This document shows positions 1-15,356 of a DNA stretch of 64,000 nt, one piece after another. Made by a program: the position numbers and the translations under genes. Source of the DNA: Eledone cirrhosa (lineage: Eukaryota). The DNA lies in contig OZ024751.1 in assembly GCA_964016885.1 (NCBI GenBank), positions 12,152,001 through 12,216,000 of the forward strand, read 5' to 3'. Under the pieces are notes generated by a model, which had not been told where the DNA came from, searched no databases, and was given only the letters and a program-made list of their open reading frames with translations. Numbering within the stretch: position 1 is the stretch's first letter; each line of letters begins with the position of its first letter.

Positions 1-44
1 AAGGGAAGTGCGGGCGTCATTTAGGCTGTTGTTATAGTTGTTGA

Positions 45-2350
45 TGGTTGTGGTGGTGGTGGTGGTGGTGGTGGTGGTGTTGGTGAACATAGTGGTGGTG
101 GTGGTGGTGGTGTTGTGGTTGGTAAACATAGTGGTGGTGGTATTGTTGTTGGTGAACATGGTGGTGGTGGTAGTGGTGGTGGTGGTGGTGTTGTTGGTGA
201 ACATGGTGGTGGTGGTAGTGGTGGTGGTGGTGGTGTTGTTGGTGAACATAGTGGTGGTGGTGGTGGTGGTGTTGTGGTTGGTGAACATAGTGGTGGTGGT
301 GGTGGTGTTGTTGTTGGTGAACATGGTGGTGGTGGTAGTGGTGGTGGTGGTGGTGGTGTTGTTGGTGAACATAGTGGTGGTGGTGGTGTTGTTGTTGGTG
401 AACATAGTGGTGGTGGTGGTGGTGGTGGTGTTGTTGGTGAACATAGTGGTGGTGGTGGTGGTTGTGTTGTTGTTGGTGAACATAGTGGTGGTGGTGGTGG
501 TGGTGGTAGTGTTGTTGGTGAACATAGTGGTGGTGGTGGTGGTGGTAGTGTTGTTGGTGAACATAGTGGTGGTGGTGGTGTTGTTGTTGGTGAACATAGT
601 GGTGGTGGTGGTGGTAGTGTTGTTGGTGAACATAGTGGTGGTGGTGGTGGTGGTAGTGTTGTTGGTGAACATAGTGGTGGTGGTGGTGGTGTTGTTGTTG
701 GTGAACATAGTGGTGGTGGTTGTGTTGTTGTTGGTGAACATAGTGGTGGTGGTAGTGTTGTTGGTGAACATAGTGGTGGTTGTGGTGGTGGTGGTTGTGT
801 TGTTGTTGCTGAACATAGTGGTGGTGGTGGTGGTGGTGGTAGTGTTGTTGGTGAACATAGTGGTGGTGGTGGTGGTGGTGGTGGTGTTGTTGTTGTTGGT
901 GAACATAGTGGTGGTGGTGGTGTTGTTGTTGGTGAACATAGTGTTGGTGGTAGTGGTAGTGGTGGTGGTTGTATTGTTGTTGGTGAACATAGTGTTGGTG
1001 GTAGTGGTAGTGGTGGGGTTGTTGTTGGTGAACATAGTGTTGGTGGTAGTGGTAGTGGTGGTGTTGTTGTTGGTGAACATAGTGTTGGTGGTAGTGGTAG
1101 TGGTGGTGTTGTTGTTGGTGAACATAGTGTTGGTGGTAGTGGTGGTGTTGTTGTTGGTGAACATAGTGTTGGTGGTAGTGGTAGTGGTGGTGTTGTTGTT
1201 GGTGAACATAGTGTTGGTGGTAGTGGTAGTGGTGGTGTTGTTGTTGGTGAACATAGTGTTGGTGGTAGTGGTAGTGGTGGTGTTGTTGTTGGTGAACATA
1301 GTGTTGATGGTAGTGGTAGTGGTGGTGTTGTTGTTGGTGAACATAGTGTTGGTGGTAGTGGTGGTGGTTGTGGTGTTGGTGTTGGTGAACATAGTGTTGG
1401 TGGTAGTGGTAGTGGTGGTGTTGTTGTCGGTGAACATAGTGTTGGTGGTAGTGGTGGTGGTGTTGTTGTTGGAGAACATAGTGTTGGTGGTAGTGGTAGT
1501 GGTGGTGTTGTTGTTGGTGAACATAGTGTTGGTGGTAGTGGTAGTGGTGGTGTTGTTGTTGGTGAACATAGTGTTGGTGGTAGTGGTAGTGGTGGTGTTG
1601 TTGTTGGTGAACATAGTGTTGGTGGTAGTGGTAGTGGTGGTGTTGTTGTTGGTGAACATAGTGTTGGTGGTAGTGGTAGTGGTGGTGTTGTTGTTGGTGA
1701 ACATAGTGTTGGTGGTAGTGGTAGTGGTGGTGTAGTTGTTGGTGAACATAGTGTTGGTGGTAGTGGTAGTGGTGGTGTTGTTGTTGGTGAACATAGTGTT
1801 GGTGGTAGTGGTAGTGGTTGTATTGTTGTTGGTGAACATAGTGTTGGTGGTAGTGGTAGTGGTTGTATTGTTGTTGGTGAACATAGTGTTGGTGGTAGTG
1901 GTAGTGGTGGTGTTGTTGTTGGTGAACATAGTGTTGGTGGTAGTGGTAGTGGTGGTGTTGTTGTTGGTGAACATAGTGTTGGTGGTAGTGGTAGTGGTGG
2001 TGTTGTTGTTGGTGAACATAGTGTTGGTGGTAGTGGTAGTGGTGGTGTTGTTGTTGGTGAACATAGTGTTGGTGGTAGTGGTAGTGGTGGTGTTGTTGTT
2101 GGTGAACGTAGTGTTGGTGGTAGTGGTAGTGGTGGTGTTGTTGTTGGTGAACATAGTGTTAATGGTAGTGGTGGTGGTGGTGTTGTTGTTGGTGAACATA
2201 GTGTAATGGTAGTGGTGTTGTTGTTGTTGTTGGTGAACATAGCTAGTGGTAGTGGTGTTGTTGTTGGTGAACATAGTGTAGTTGGTGGTGTTGTTGTTGT
2301 TGGTGAACATAGTACTAGTGGTAGTGGTGGTGTTGTTGTTGTTGTTGGTG
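45..2350. repeat. GGT/GTT minisatellite with GGTGAACATAGT core; homogenised 45-bp unit in ~930-2160
   Basis: Core recurs about 50 times; the unit GGTGAACATAGTGTTGGTGGTAGTGGTAGTGGTGGTGTTGTTGTT is repeated nearly exactly. The long ORFs on both strands are just its translation. Confidence 0.95.
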
Positions 2351-2560
2351 GTAGAGGGGGTGTTGTGGGGTCGGTAACTGGATGACAAAGAAAAGGTAAG
2401 ATGGGTGATAGCTGAGACTTGTTGAAAGACATACATATGTAACATAAGAATATATACATACATTTCATATATATAAATATATATATATATGTGTGTGTGT
2501 GTGTGATATATATATGTGTGTGTGTGTGATATATATACATATATCTATATATATATATAT

Positions 2561-2922
2561 ATTATAAAGTAACAGGAGGCTGGACTAGAGTAATTCTTTA
2601 AAAGGTTTACTATACTATGATAATTTCAATGACCGGGTTCAGTATGAATCCGGTGACATCATCAGGTATTCGAAATATAACAAAGGGATATCACCGGATT
2701 CATACTGAACCTGGCAATTGATATGATCATAAATAACTTTTTAAGGAATTACACCAGTCTAGCCTCGTGTCAGTTTATAATGATTAACTCCGTACTCACA
2801 CCACCAACAACACAAACGAAGACAGGTGAGTTGCATTACGTCTAGTGCTCTCCATAATATTACATCGAGGTTGACCATACGGAATGACCAGTTCTATCCA
2901 GTGGTGAACCAACAAACCTAAA

Positions 2923-2925
<3 letters not shown>
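2561..2925. mobile_element. Penelope-like pLTR fragment with ~100-bp inverted arms (2561-2660 / 2688-2781)
   Basis: Imperfect inverted repeat (GGTTCAGTATGAATCCGGTGA / TCACCGGATTCATACTGAACC) containing an HHR core, flanked by (TA)n on both sides. Confidence 0.65.
2612..2669 (-). ncRNA. Minimal type I hammerhead ribozyme motif
   Basis: Minus strand reads atac-CTGATGA-tgtcaccgg..ccggtcatt-GAAA-ttatca-TA-gtat. The opposite arm has the perfect palindrome TGATCA but GATA instead of GAAA. Confidence 0.6.
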
Positions 2926-2980
<55 letters not shown>

Positions 2981-3116
2981 TATGCAGAAATTATATTTAA
3001 TTTGTTGGGATTCCAACAAACTTAAAAGTTTATAACTGATATAAAACACTCAACAAATTACTGGAGTAAATATTCAATATATTCATAAATGGAAACTATA
3101 TTTATAAAACCATAAT

Positions 3117-3181
3117 TATTTTATTATATATATTTCAAGGGCAACCAAGGCAGTGTTGGTGCGCTTTCATCAGATAAAATA
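3117..3181 (-). ncRNA. Minimal type I hammerhead ribozyme, intact core
   Basis: tattttat-CTGATGA-aagcgcaccaacactgccttggttgccctt-GAAA-TATATA-TA-ataaaata: perfect 8-bp helix I, helix II, palindromic helix III. Confidence 0.8.
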
Positions 3182-3243
3182 CAAAATTTGTTTTATAAAT
3201 ATTGAGATAACCGTGGAAAACAATATTTATAAAGCAAATTTTG

Positions 3244-3308
3244 TATTTTATCTGATGAAAGCACACAAAGGCTGCCTTTGTTGCCCTTGAAATATATATA
3301 ATAAGATA
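3244..3308 (+). ncRNA. Minimal type I hammerhead ribozyme, intact core
   Basis: tattttat-CTGATGA-aagcacacaaaggctgcctttgttgccctt-GAAA-TATATA-TA-ataagata; predicted cleavage after 3300. Confidence 0.8.
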
Positions 3309-3346
3309 ATTATTGTTTTATAAATATAGTTTCGATTTATTAATAT

Positions 3347-3387
<41 letters not shown>

Positions 3388-3404
3388 ATAATAACAAATG
3401 TGAA

Positions 3405-3567
3405 GAGCTCGAGTCGTTTCGACGGCTATTTCTCTCCAGAAATAGCCCTCGAAATGGCTTGAACTCTGCCGTCGGGATTCTTGAACATTTTCCTATTACC
3501 CACTCTACTACCCTAAGTATTGAGTGCTCTGGTACGTTATGGTCCATGTGGTTCATTACCACACTTC
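3405..3567 (+). mobile_element. Penelope-like pLTR fragment (family B): 3' half of an HHR with a 5' inversion
   Basis: Hairpin 3405-3466; GAAA-tggcttgaactctgccg-TC at 3451-3473; homologous in reverse orientation to 15435-15594. Confidence 0.55.
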
Positions 3568-4107
3568 TTCTCTCTCACCCTCTCTCACCCCCACTCTTTC
3601 ACCCTTTCTCTCTCACACCCTTTCTCTCACCCGTTCTCAACCCCCCACCTCCCTCTCTCTCACTATCTCCCCTCTCTCTCACTATGCCCCTCTCTCTCTC
3701 TTCCCTCCCCTCTCTCTCTCACCCTCCCCTCCTCTCTCTCTCACCCTCTCTCTCTCTCTCAGATATCCTTGTAGTGAAGGTAGGGCTATATTGTTGTTCT
3801 CTTATATATGTAATAAATGAATTATATTTTGAATATGGGTGGAATCTTCATTGTCTGCACTGTTCATGGAGTAATCTTTTTAGCCCTACCCCTGTACCAA
3901 CACAATAATTTACTTTGATTAAGCATTGAGAGTAATTACTATGAGATACGTGTATAAAAACCCTTGAAGAACAAAGGGTAGAATGCACCCTGCCGTGGTT
4001 TGAACTCCGAATAAAGCGGCCGGAAATTAAGCCGTATAATTATATTTGGAAATAGAGAAAGGGAAAATGGTTATCTTTCCTTATTGTAGTGCGACACTTA
4101 CACACCT

Positions 4108-4860
4108 TATGATGGTGATGGTGGTTGTAGTGGTGGCGGTGGTGGTGTTTAAGGTGCTGTTGGTGGTTGCGGCGGTGGGGAAGGGGGTTTGTCATGTATG
4201 TGGTCGTGGTGGTGGTTGGGGTGGTGGTGTTGATGGTGTTTGAGGTACTGGTGGTGGTGGTGGTGGTTTTTGAGGTGGTGGTTGAGGTGGTGATGGTGTT
4301 TGAGGTAGTGGTTGACGTGGTGGTGTTTGAGGTTGTGGTGGTGGTGGTTTTCGTGTATGTGGTGGTAGTAGTGGTGTTTGAGGGATTCGTTGTGGTTGTA
4401 GTGATAGTTGTAGTGCGGATGTTGGTGGCGGTGGTGATGTTTACGGTGATGGTTTGGTGGTGGTAGTGGTGGTGATGGAGGTTGTTATGGTGGTGGTGAT
4501 AGAGGTGGTGGTCGTGGTACTGTTGGTGGGGATGTTGGGGGTCGTGCTGATGTTTGTGTAGGTGGTGTTGACTGTAGTGGTGAATATAGCGATGACATTG
4601 ATGATAATAATGATGGTCATGATGATCATGCTACTACTGTTGATGATGATGATGATGACGACGACGATGATGATGATGATGATGATGATAAATATGGTGA
4701 CGAAGACGACGATTATGATGATGATGATGATGATGATGACGATGTTGACGACGATTATGATGATGATGATGATCATGATGACGATGTTGACGACGACGAC
4801 AATGATGAGGAGGAGGGCGAGAAGGAGGAGGAGAAGGAGGAGGATGACGATGATGGTGTT
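4108..4860. repeat. Degenerate (GGT)n/(GAT)n/(GAG)n low-complexity tract
   Basis: Direct inspection. Confidence 0.9.
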
Positions 4861-5595
4861 ATTTAGACTCCGTGATCAAGATGATGACGATGAAAAGAGG
4901 AGCCGGATTAAGAATCGGATAATGAGCCGGGTGAGGAAGGAACGGTGGATTAAAGAATGATGTTGATGTTGAAGACTATTTTGATAATTATGATGATGTA
5001 TCATTCCCATTATAAATATAATAATGATCCAGGCAGATGATGTACCGGAGCCTCTCTGATACGTTTATCATATGACCTATAGCAATGGAAACTTGTGGCA
5101 CCTGTCGACCCTGAACCGCCACCAAACTCACTGTTTTCAGGACGGAGTTGGCCATGTGCAAATATGGGTCATGTGACGTGAATATGTTCTTCTACTGCCT
5201 CTTCCCTTGTGACCAAACTGCAACGAAAAATTTGACTTCACGTGTGCATGTGTGTGTGTGTGTGTGTGTGTGTGCACGTGTGATTTTCTTAGGGTCAAAA
5301 AGGTTATTTTATGCGGCAACTGTTTAATTTTCATCTCACGGTCTCTGATCAACTCATTTGAGCCCTCATTGCTCCGCTCAAAATCTATCATTCGAAATGT
5401 TACTTAATCCTGTTGTTGTTGCTACTCTTCATCCTACGTCTTCTTTCCACCAAATTATATATGTATGTAAAGAGTTGTAACTCATTATGGATTCTTAGGG
5501 GCAGCAGAGTGACATTCGGTGTGATGTGTGCACTTTGAACCTGGTGAAGCTCATCCCTAGCCTGATCTGAACACAGCCTCTTCCTTCTAGCCAAA

Positions 5596-5639
<44 letters not shown>

Positions 5640-5666
5640 TTGTGAGAGATAGAGGAATAAAATATA

Positions 5667-5854
5667 TAATTGTTTCTACTTTAGGCACAAGGCCAGCAAT
5701 TATTTCACTGTATTACTGGTACTTTATTTTATCGACCCCGTAAGGATGAAAGGCAAAGTTAACCTGGGCGGGATTTGACCTCAGACCACAAAGGGTCGTA
5801 ACTCTATGCTGCAAAGCATGGCGTCCGACCCTCTACCGATACTACCAATCCACC
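5667..5854 (-). mobile_element. tRNA-derived SINE with Nin-type central domain, near full length
   Basis: Minus strand has an A-box-like TGGTAGTATCGG, a B-box-like GGTCAAATCC, the GCCTTTCATCC..GGGGTCGATAAAATAAAGTACCAG domain and an (ATT)n-like tail. At least 7 similar copies in the window. Confidence 0.85.
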
Positions 5855-5884
5855 ATAAAATATATAATGGACACAGATTTGTAG

Positions 5885-6020
5885 TGAAAAGATGAGAAGC
5901 ACAGATAATGGCTGTGCGATTTGAACTCGGAGAGCACATAGAAGTAGAAAACATAGAACTAGAACAAATACTGTATAACATACTATCCGAAGTTCAAACG
6001 ACTCTCTCAATTAGCTGCCT
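5885..6020 (-). mobile_element. Old degenerate SINE fragment
   Basis: GATTTGAACTCGG B-box complement and a decayed head; weak similarity to the Nin-domain SINE. Confidence 0.4.
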
Positions 6021-6463
6021 TTCCCCATATTAAAGCTGGACAGCACCACGAGTTCAATGCTGTTTCTTCCGACATTCTGTCTATTTTATTTTGAAGTTTA
6101 ACTTCCTCTAGTTGTACCTCTGTTTTGGTCATTGTTCCTTCAGCCATTTCACTTGATATGGTCCTGATCTTAAATTTACGGAACCTATAATCTTATTATA
6201 AATGTCAACACACAAATCTAACGAATCACATAAACCACACGTACACGCACGCGCATAGACGCACAGACAACTGTCAACCATAAACACAGACATACAGACA
6301 CGTGTCCCCACGCAAAGAGGATGTAAACAAATGCATTTGGATATATTCCTCATGTAAAAAAAAAACACACACACACACGACACACGACACACTTTCTCAA
6401 ACACCATTCACACATGTACATACATGAACTCACACAAATACATAGACACACACAAATACATAG

Positions 6464-6521
<58 letters not shown>

Positions 6522-6958
6522 GCTCAATTAAATAGATTTAGTTGGTAGTGGAGGAGAGTAGTTTGGATGTCACTTTCACTCGTGTATTGAGTGCCTTTTT
6601 GAATCTATTCATTTCGTATAATAATACATAGATACGAACATGGAACAATGCAGTAATACGAGGATCCGAATGTTAGTTATTACACGTATAGGTATACACA
6701 TTTTTTTCATATGAACACTGTCACACAAACAAACACAGATAGCCATGCACAGCTACATACGTATATACACAGTCGTATAAGTATGGAGGTGTATATTTAT
6801 ATATATATATTCATAAAATTAAAGATGGTTTTCAGAAGGGGATACGTAGAAACCCACAGTTTAATAAGGTACCTAATAGTAGAGAAGAAGCATATTTATT
6901 TTATATAAAATGACATTTTTTTTCTTAACTCCAGTTCTTTCTCTACGAACTCTGCTAC

Positions 6959-6992
6959 TTCCTGGTGAAAGTCTTATGTCCGATACGTTGAG
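6959..6992 (+). ncRNA. Degenerate minimal HHR-like motif (core mutated)
   Basis: ttc-CTGGTGA-aagtcttatgtcc-GATA-cg-TT-gag; parallels 63529-63561. Confidence 0.3.
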
Positions 6993-7079
6993 ACATTTAT
7001 GTAATTCCCTTTGCTTGTTTTCTAGATCTTCATTCCAAAGCGAGAAAACATGAATTTGTCGTCTCTGTGCCTGTTTCAT

Positions 7080-7700
7080 TTATTCTTGCTACACGGTCTA
7101 TTTCCCGCCTGTTTTGGCTGGTCATTGGTGTAAGAGGGAATTTGTTGCTGCTGCCCTTTGGTTAGCTTCGTACCGTGCTGTGGGCTCATCCGGGATTCTG
7201 GATAGCAGGGTGCCAATATGTTTCTTGAAAACATCCACGTCCACAGCATGCAGATCTCTCAAATTTCTTGGCAACTTGTTGCAGAGGTGAGTGAGTGCCT
7301 TTAAAACCCAGGCTATTTCAATATCTGCTCCTTATTCTTGTAAAAGACGGGACATTGGAGCCACACAGTGACATCCTGTTCGGGGGTTGGTCCAGATTTC
7401 AAGGTCAAAGGTTGGTGCTAGTCCCTCCAGGATTTTCCATACGTATATCACTGCGTATCTCTCCCGTCTTCGTTCCAAGGCGTAGAGTTTCAGTTCTTTT
7501 AGCCTCTCCCAGTAGTTCACCTCCTTCATCATAGCAATCCTCTTGGTGCAGCTTTGTTGGATTGCCTCAAGCTCCGTGGTTAGTTTGATACTATGGGGTG
7601 ACCAAAGCTGGGAGCAGTAGTCCAGGCAGCTTAGGACAAATATCATCCATAGTATCAACATAGTCTCTCGATCACTTGTCCGGAAAGTTCTCCAGATCCA
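7080..7700 (-). mobile_element. CR1/L2-group LINE, 3' end of ORF2 (decayed)
   Basis: LDYCSQLWSP..ELEAIQ..TKRI..NYWERLKELKLYALERRRERY..VWKILEG matches the post-RT C-terminal motif of CR1-group elements. It continues with frameshifts to RAAATNSLLHQ* near 7122. Confidence 0.85.
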
Positions 7701-7974
7701 AACAAGGAGAGAAAGAGATATTATTCTACTACTGAGATTACACATTGTTCCTACGAACGATAATTCCACATTGTTTCTTTATTGAGTACTTTACTATGGA
7801 CGTGTGTGCCTTTATAATTCTGTATATAGAAGTAGGTGCTTATATATTGTTTTACAGACGCGTGTATACTCAACAACAAACATCAGCAAACACTAATTTC
7901 AAGCTGTGACGGTTAGTTTGTTGATACATACATACACCTCAAACATATACACAGACACATTCATGCATAGACAC

Positions 7975-9480
<1,506 letters not shown>

Positions 9481-9825
9481 TATTCACAGTAATACATATA
9501 CATTAATGCATGAAGGGATCAGAATAAATTCTTTCGTGTGTAGCTTACCTCTAACTAACACCTTCTGTAAAACTTCTATGCACCCTCCAGTTACTCCCCT
9601 TTCTTCTACACCCTTCTTCCGTTGTATTGTCCTCAAACTCCACCCCTTCCTCAAATTATGTTACCCACACCCACCTAATTTACCACCCACCAATCCACTT
9701 CTTCGCCCCAGGGCTGAACATTTTCATCTCCAAGTAATTTTCTTCTCTTTAAATTAAGAATTAAGAATTGTCGGGTTTCATTTTTCGCTTTCTATTCTTC
9801 TCCGCTACGTATCTATATGTGTCTG

Positions 9826-9891
<66 letters not shown>

Positions 9892-10271
9892 TAATATATA
9901 TATATATATGTGTGTGTGTGTGTCTGTGTATGTATATATATCTCTCTCTCTATATATATATATGCGTGTGTATACATACATATAAACACATATATATGTA
10001 TATGTGTAAATATATATACATATATATTTCCTTGCTAGAAGCTTTCCTTTCGTGCAGAAGACGTTCGTCTATATATACACACACACACACACATACATAC
10101 ATATACCCATATATGGAGAGCTCTCTAATCATTGTGATGTGGAAAAAAATTTATGAATGAATCATGCTTACACACGTTCATACATTCATGATTGCATACC
10201 CTATCAAATAGGTACACACACAGTCATACATATATGCATATATATATGTGGGTTAGTGTGTGTATGTCTGC

Positions 10272-10329
<58 letters not shown>

Positions 10330-10334
10330 ATATA

Positions 10335-10507
10335 TATAGATGAGATTCTACAGGACTAGAAGTTTCATTCTTTAGAAATCATCAGGAATCTGAAGAATGA
10401 AACAGTTCTAGTGCTGTAGAATCTCATCTATATTGAAACGTTTATACTGTGCTATGTATTGAGTATCTTACTTACTGTGGTTACCTCCGATTCAACCCGG
10501 AATAACG

Positions 10508-10508
<1 letters not shown>
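10335..10508. mobile_element. Penelope-like pLTR fragment (family C) with inverted arms 10335-10376 / 10389-10434
   Basis: TAGATGAGATTCTACAG..CTGTAGAATCTCATCTA inverted repeat between (TA)n tracts; homologous to 59551-59635. Confidence 0.65.
10344..10390 (-). ncRNA. Type I hammerhead motif, intact core
   Basis: gattc-CTGATGA-t.ttc.taaa.gaa.t-GAAA-cttctagtcctg-TA-gaatc; 5-bp helix I; helix III is 2 nt shorter than in the other arm. Confidence 0.6.
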
Positions 10509-11460
<952 letters not shown>

Positions 11461-13764
11461 TGCGTGTTTTTGGTATAGATAGATAGGTGGCTAGATAGCG
11501 AGAAAGGTATATAGTTAGAGGGACAGATAGATTGACTGAGACAAGATATATAGAATGATTGATGCATATACGCAAATGTACTTTTCATAAATTTCTCTAC
11601 GTATTTATATTCATATAGATATTATTATTTCCAAATATACGAAGATATATTCTCGTGAAGCAGATCACGAAATTGCTTCTAAATTCGTTCAAGATTTTTA
11701 AATTTATATAAGCGCTAATAGACATTTCTGGAATAACAGCGAAAGGTATTCTCCTGAAACAGTTTTTCGGAAGTGCTCAATAAATCAATAAACAGGACGT
11801 AAAATATATATTCCCATACATACATACATACATACATACATACATACATACATACATACATACATACATACATACATACATACATACATACATACATAGG
11901 TATGTGTATATATATTAAATTATGATACTTTATACTAACTATATTACAAGTAATATTGGACTAGTACATATGTGATAACGCCAATTTGCTAAGGTAAAAA
12001 GGCACAACGAATATTCACCTTGCTGAAGAAAGCGAAATATTCACTTCTGGGATAATTGCATGATCATTCAAGCTTTGGGGACATATTTCAACACTAAAAT
12101 GGATAGCCGAAATTACTCGATAAAAGATGGTTAAGATAGATATGAACTTATTGTACGTAAAAAGATCTCTGATGCAAAATATAAGATCACAATATAATAC
12201 AAGAAACAGAAATTGTTTTCGGAATGTGATGCAGAGAATGAACGTACATTTCTCATGTGATGTCTCTGATAGGAATTTCACAATATAAGTTACACGGGAA
12301 TGTCAGGGTGGTACCAGATGTAAATATATATATATATATTAGCAACATCTAAAGAAGATGTGAGCTAGTCACTTAACATGGCTGACAACACAACCAAACG
12401 TTGTGGCCCCTATTGCACTCCGAGTTTGCAACAAGAGTTGAGAAATCGAATCACCATGGTACAACGATTCAATCAATATATTTTTACGTCCTACATATGA
12501 ATTAATCATGACTAGGGTTTGTTTAATATTTTCCTATTCAAGGCATTATGCCGTCGCAAGAAAGCATTTTCATTTTAATCTAACTATATCAAAGATGGCA
12601 AAGATAATGACACTAAGATTGTCAATGTATGGATTGAATGCAATATGGCGGCTGCATCCGTTTCTGTTCGTACATATTCGGAAAACCATTAGAGTTGACT
12701 TTGCTTTTAAATATTCAAATTCTAGTCATTCAAATTCTAAACAATTGTTTCTTCTATAGATTTCATGAAGATGTGTGTGGACTTGACGTCATCTGATGTC
12801 AATCATCGGCTGCCATCACGGCCAATAACGAAACTATTAATATTGTGATTAACGTTACTATTAATATTATACCACAACTACACTATAATATAAACACTCA
12901 AGAAACATCGAAAGACATATATAAATTCACTACAATATAATAGCGAACTATATATATATATACATATATAACAAAGAACTAAGAATAATGCATTAACAAC
13001 AAAATGTAGCACAATAAGACGAAGAAAAATCATATATAAATAATATTGTCAGAAATTGTGAATTGTAATGACAGAAAGAATTGCTGTCAATTTTCTGGCG
13101 TACATTAGCTACGAAACAATGGCTGCTACATGACTTTATATCGCTGGAATATTAGAACAATGAAGAGCTTCATCATTTATCAAACACAGCGAATAATAAG
13201 GTTAATAAAATGTAACCAATAAAATCATAGAAATAAAAGCATTGTAAGACTCATATATATATATATATAACATACAAAAATATTGAAAAATATCTCTAAG
13301 TACAATAGTCAGGGAAAAAAAAGAAAATGGAAGTTAGCTGAATGGAAGAAGGAGAGAATTAGTTCAGGGTATAATTTTATATAAGTGTATGTGTGCCTGT
13401 GTCTGTGAGAGTATGCGTGAGATTTTGTTTATATATATATTTGTTTGTGACTTTATTTATCTGTATATATCTTTGTATATCATGTAAGTATGTAATGTAT
13501 GTATGTATGTATGTATGTATGTGTGTGTATATATGTATATGTGCGTATATATATATATATATTTATATATATAAACTCCTGTAGAATGTATGATTACATA
13601 GTTACATTTACATTACATTTTTTTTTACGTTATACGTACATATACACTCATATGATTATGAATATATGTAAGAATAGGAGCTTGATAGACAGACAGTTAG
13701 ATAAATAGATATATTCCTTAAATAGATAGATACATGGATTGGTAGGTAGATAGATAGATAGATA

Positions 13765-14228
13765 TGTTTCTTTTATTTGCCACAAGGGCATCAAAAGTGG
13801 GACAAGTACAATGGGGGGGAGTTTACAAAACAAGGCGTCCTCAATAGGGAGGAGGCAATAACAATATATAAAAATAAAATAAAATATAACAAAAAATAGA
13901 ATTATAACAAAATCCTCAATAGAGGATTTTGTTATAAAATATAACAAAAAATAAAATTTATAACAAAATCCTCAATAGAGAGGAGGCGCCTTGGGGGGTC
14001 GCACACACCCCTGAAAAAGTGTGCAACCCTTTTCCTCAGGAGCACAGAGAAGGGGTGCTCCCTTGGTCTTTCATCTTCCTCACCTATAGTCTGATGTAGA
14101 GTGAAGGCCCATTCACACGGGCCATTCTCGCCACTTTCACCCACCTTTCATAAAAACGACTGGGGTGCAGCACCTCTCTCTCCATCCTGATCCTTCTTCC
14201 GAAATGATATCGGAAGAAACGGACCAGT
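13765..14228 (-). mobile_element. L1/Tx1-like non-LTR retrotransposon 3' end inserted in (GATA)n
   Basis: Encodes FFRYHFGRRIRMEREVLHPSRFYERWVKVARMARVNGPSLYIRL* followed by a 3' UTR; homologous to 22058-22411; GATA repeats on both sides. Confidence 0.65.
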
Positions 14229-14274
14229 AGATAGATAGATAGATAGATAGAAAGGTAGATAGATAGATATGATA

Positions 14275-14401
14275 TAATTGTTTCTACTTTTGGCACAAGG
14301 CCAGCAATTATCACAGTGTATTACTGGTACTTTATTTTATCGACCCCGTAAGGATGAAAGGCAAAGTTAACCTCGGCGGGATTTGAACTCAGACCATAAA
14401 G
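14275..14401 (-). mobile_element. Nin-domain SINE, 5' truncated
   Basis: Near-identical to the 3' part of 5667-5854. Confidence 0.85.
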
Positions 14402-14721
14402 AGATATAGATATGATATAATATGATGTGTTGGCAACTGCTTTCGTATTTCTGACAATCTAATTTTTAAAAGCTGTCTAATGGATCTGTAGCCATGATGA
14501 GTGAGCTGCATAGATTGGAACAAGGTGCTAATGGAAACGAGACGAGCTGCATGAGCAGAAAAATGAAGTGGAAGCAGTGTGACGCTGGTGGAAGCTAGAG
14601 AAAAAATGGAGAGAGTGATAATGGATGTAGGATGTGGATATGTATTGAAAGTTGAAATTTCGAAAAATAAAATTTAGAATGCTCTGTGATTGAAATGGAA
14701 TTTCCTGCCAGATATCATAAG

Positions 14722-14761
<40 letters not shown>

Positions 14762-15124
14762 GTAGTAGTAGTGGTGAAATGTTAAAGGTATAATGTAATG
14801 CTTTGTTGTTGAAGGAGGAGATGCAGTGGACAAGTGAAAAAAAAAGGAGAGATGACATAAATAATGATGGTTATATAGATGGTTATGGTGGTGGTGATGC
14901 TGAAGATAGTAATGGTGATGAAGATGGTGATGCTGCTGATGATGATGATGGTGATGATGATGATGTGTCAACAATGAACAAATAAAATGAGGCTAGAATC
15001 CTATAAACTCAAACTTAAGATATTCTCAAATATAGACATGAATCCCTCGTGCTTTTATCACGGCAGAAAGCAGTAAATCACCAAAGGGCATTTAAATAAA
15101 ACTCAAACGCTCACTATTAACTAG

Positions 15125-15181
<57 letters not shown>

Positions 15182-15192
15182 GCACACACACA

Positions 15193-15356
15193 CCGAACTT
15201 CCTGGCGTCGAAGACGCTACGTTTTTCCCAAAATAAATCTCAAAAATCTACCGTGCGCCCTGGAGCCCGAAAGTTGTTTGTTATTTGTTTTATAATTTTT
15301 GGTTGTGAAAATTAGGATGCGTCCTTGAGGACAAAGCGTCTCCGGCGCCGGGGAAT

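Larger units (their letters stand above)
2995..3355. mobile_element. Penelope-like pLTR inverted pair (arms 3070-3204 / 3221-3355), family A
   Basis: 135-bp inverted arms with a 16-nt spacer; homologous to 20171-20828 and 60790-61218; bounded by (TA)n. Confidence 0.75.

Noticed and set aside
45-2350. CRISPR-like regular repeat with GGTGAACATAGT core
   Set aside because: The core is 12 bp, the spacers are non-unique GGT/GTT runs, there are no cas genes and the context is eukaryotic.
5030-5104. HHR-like cagg-CAGATGA...GAAA...cctg
   Set aside because: Core mutated, no convincing helix II and no clean NUH site.
5400-5603. Minus-strand 67-aa ORF with a possible acceptor site
   Set aside because: No recognisable homology or supporting exon structure.
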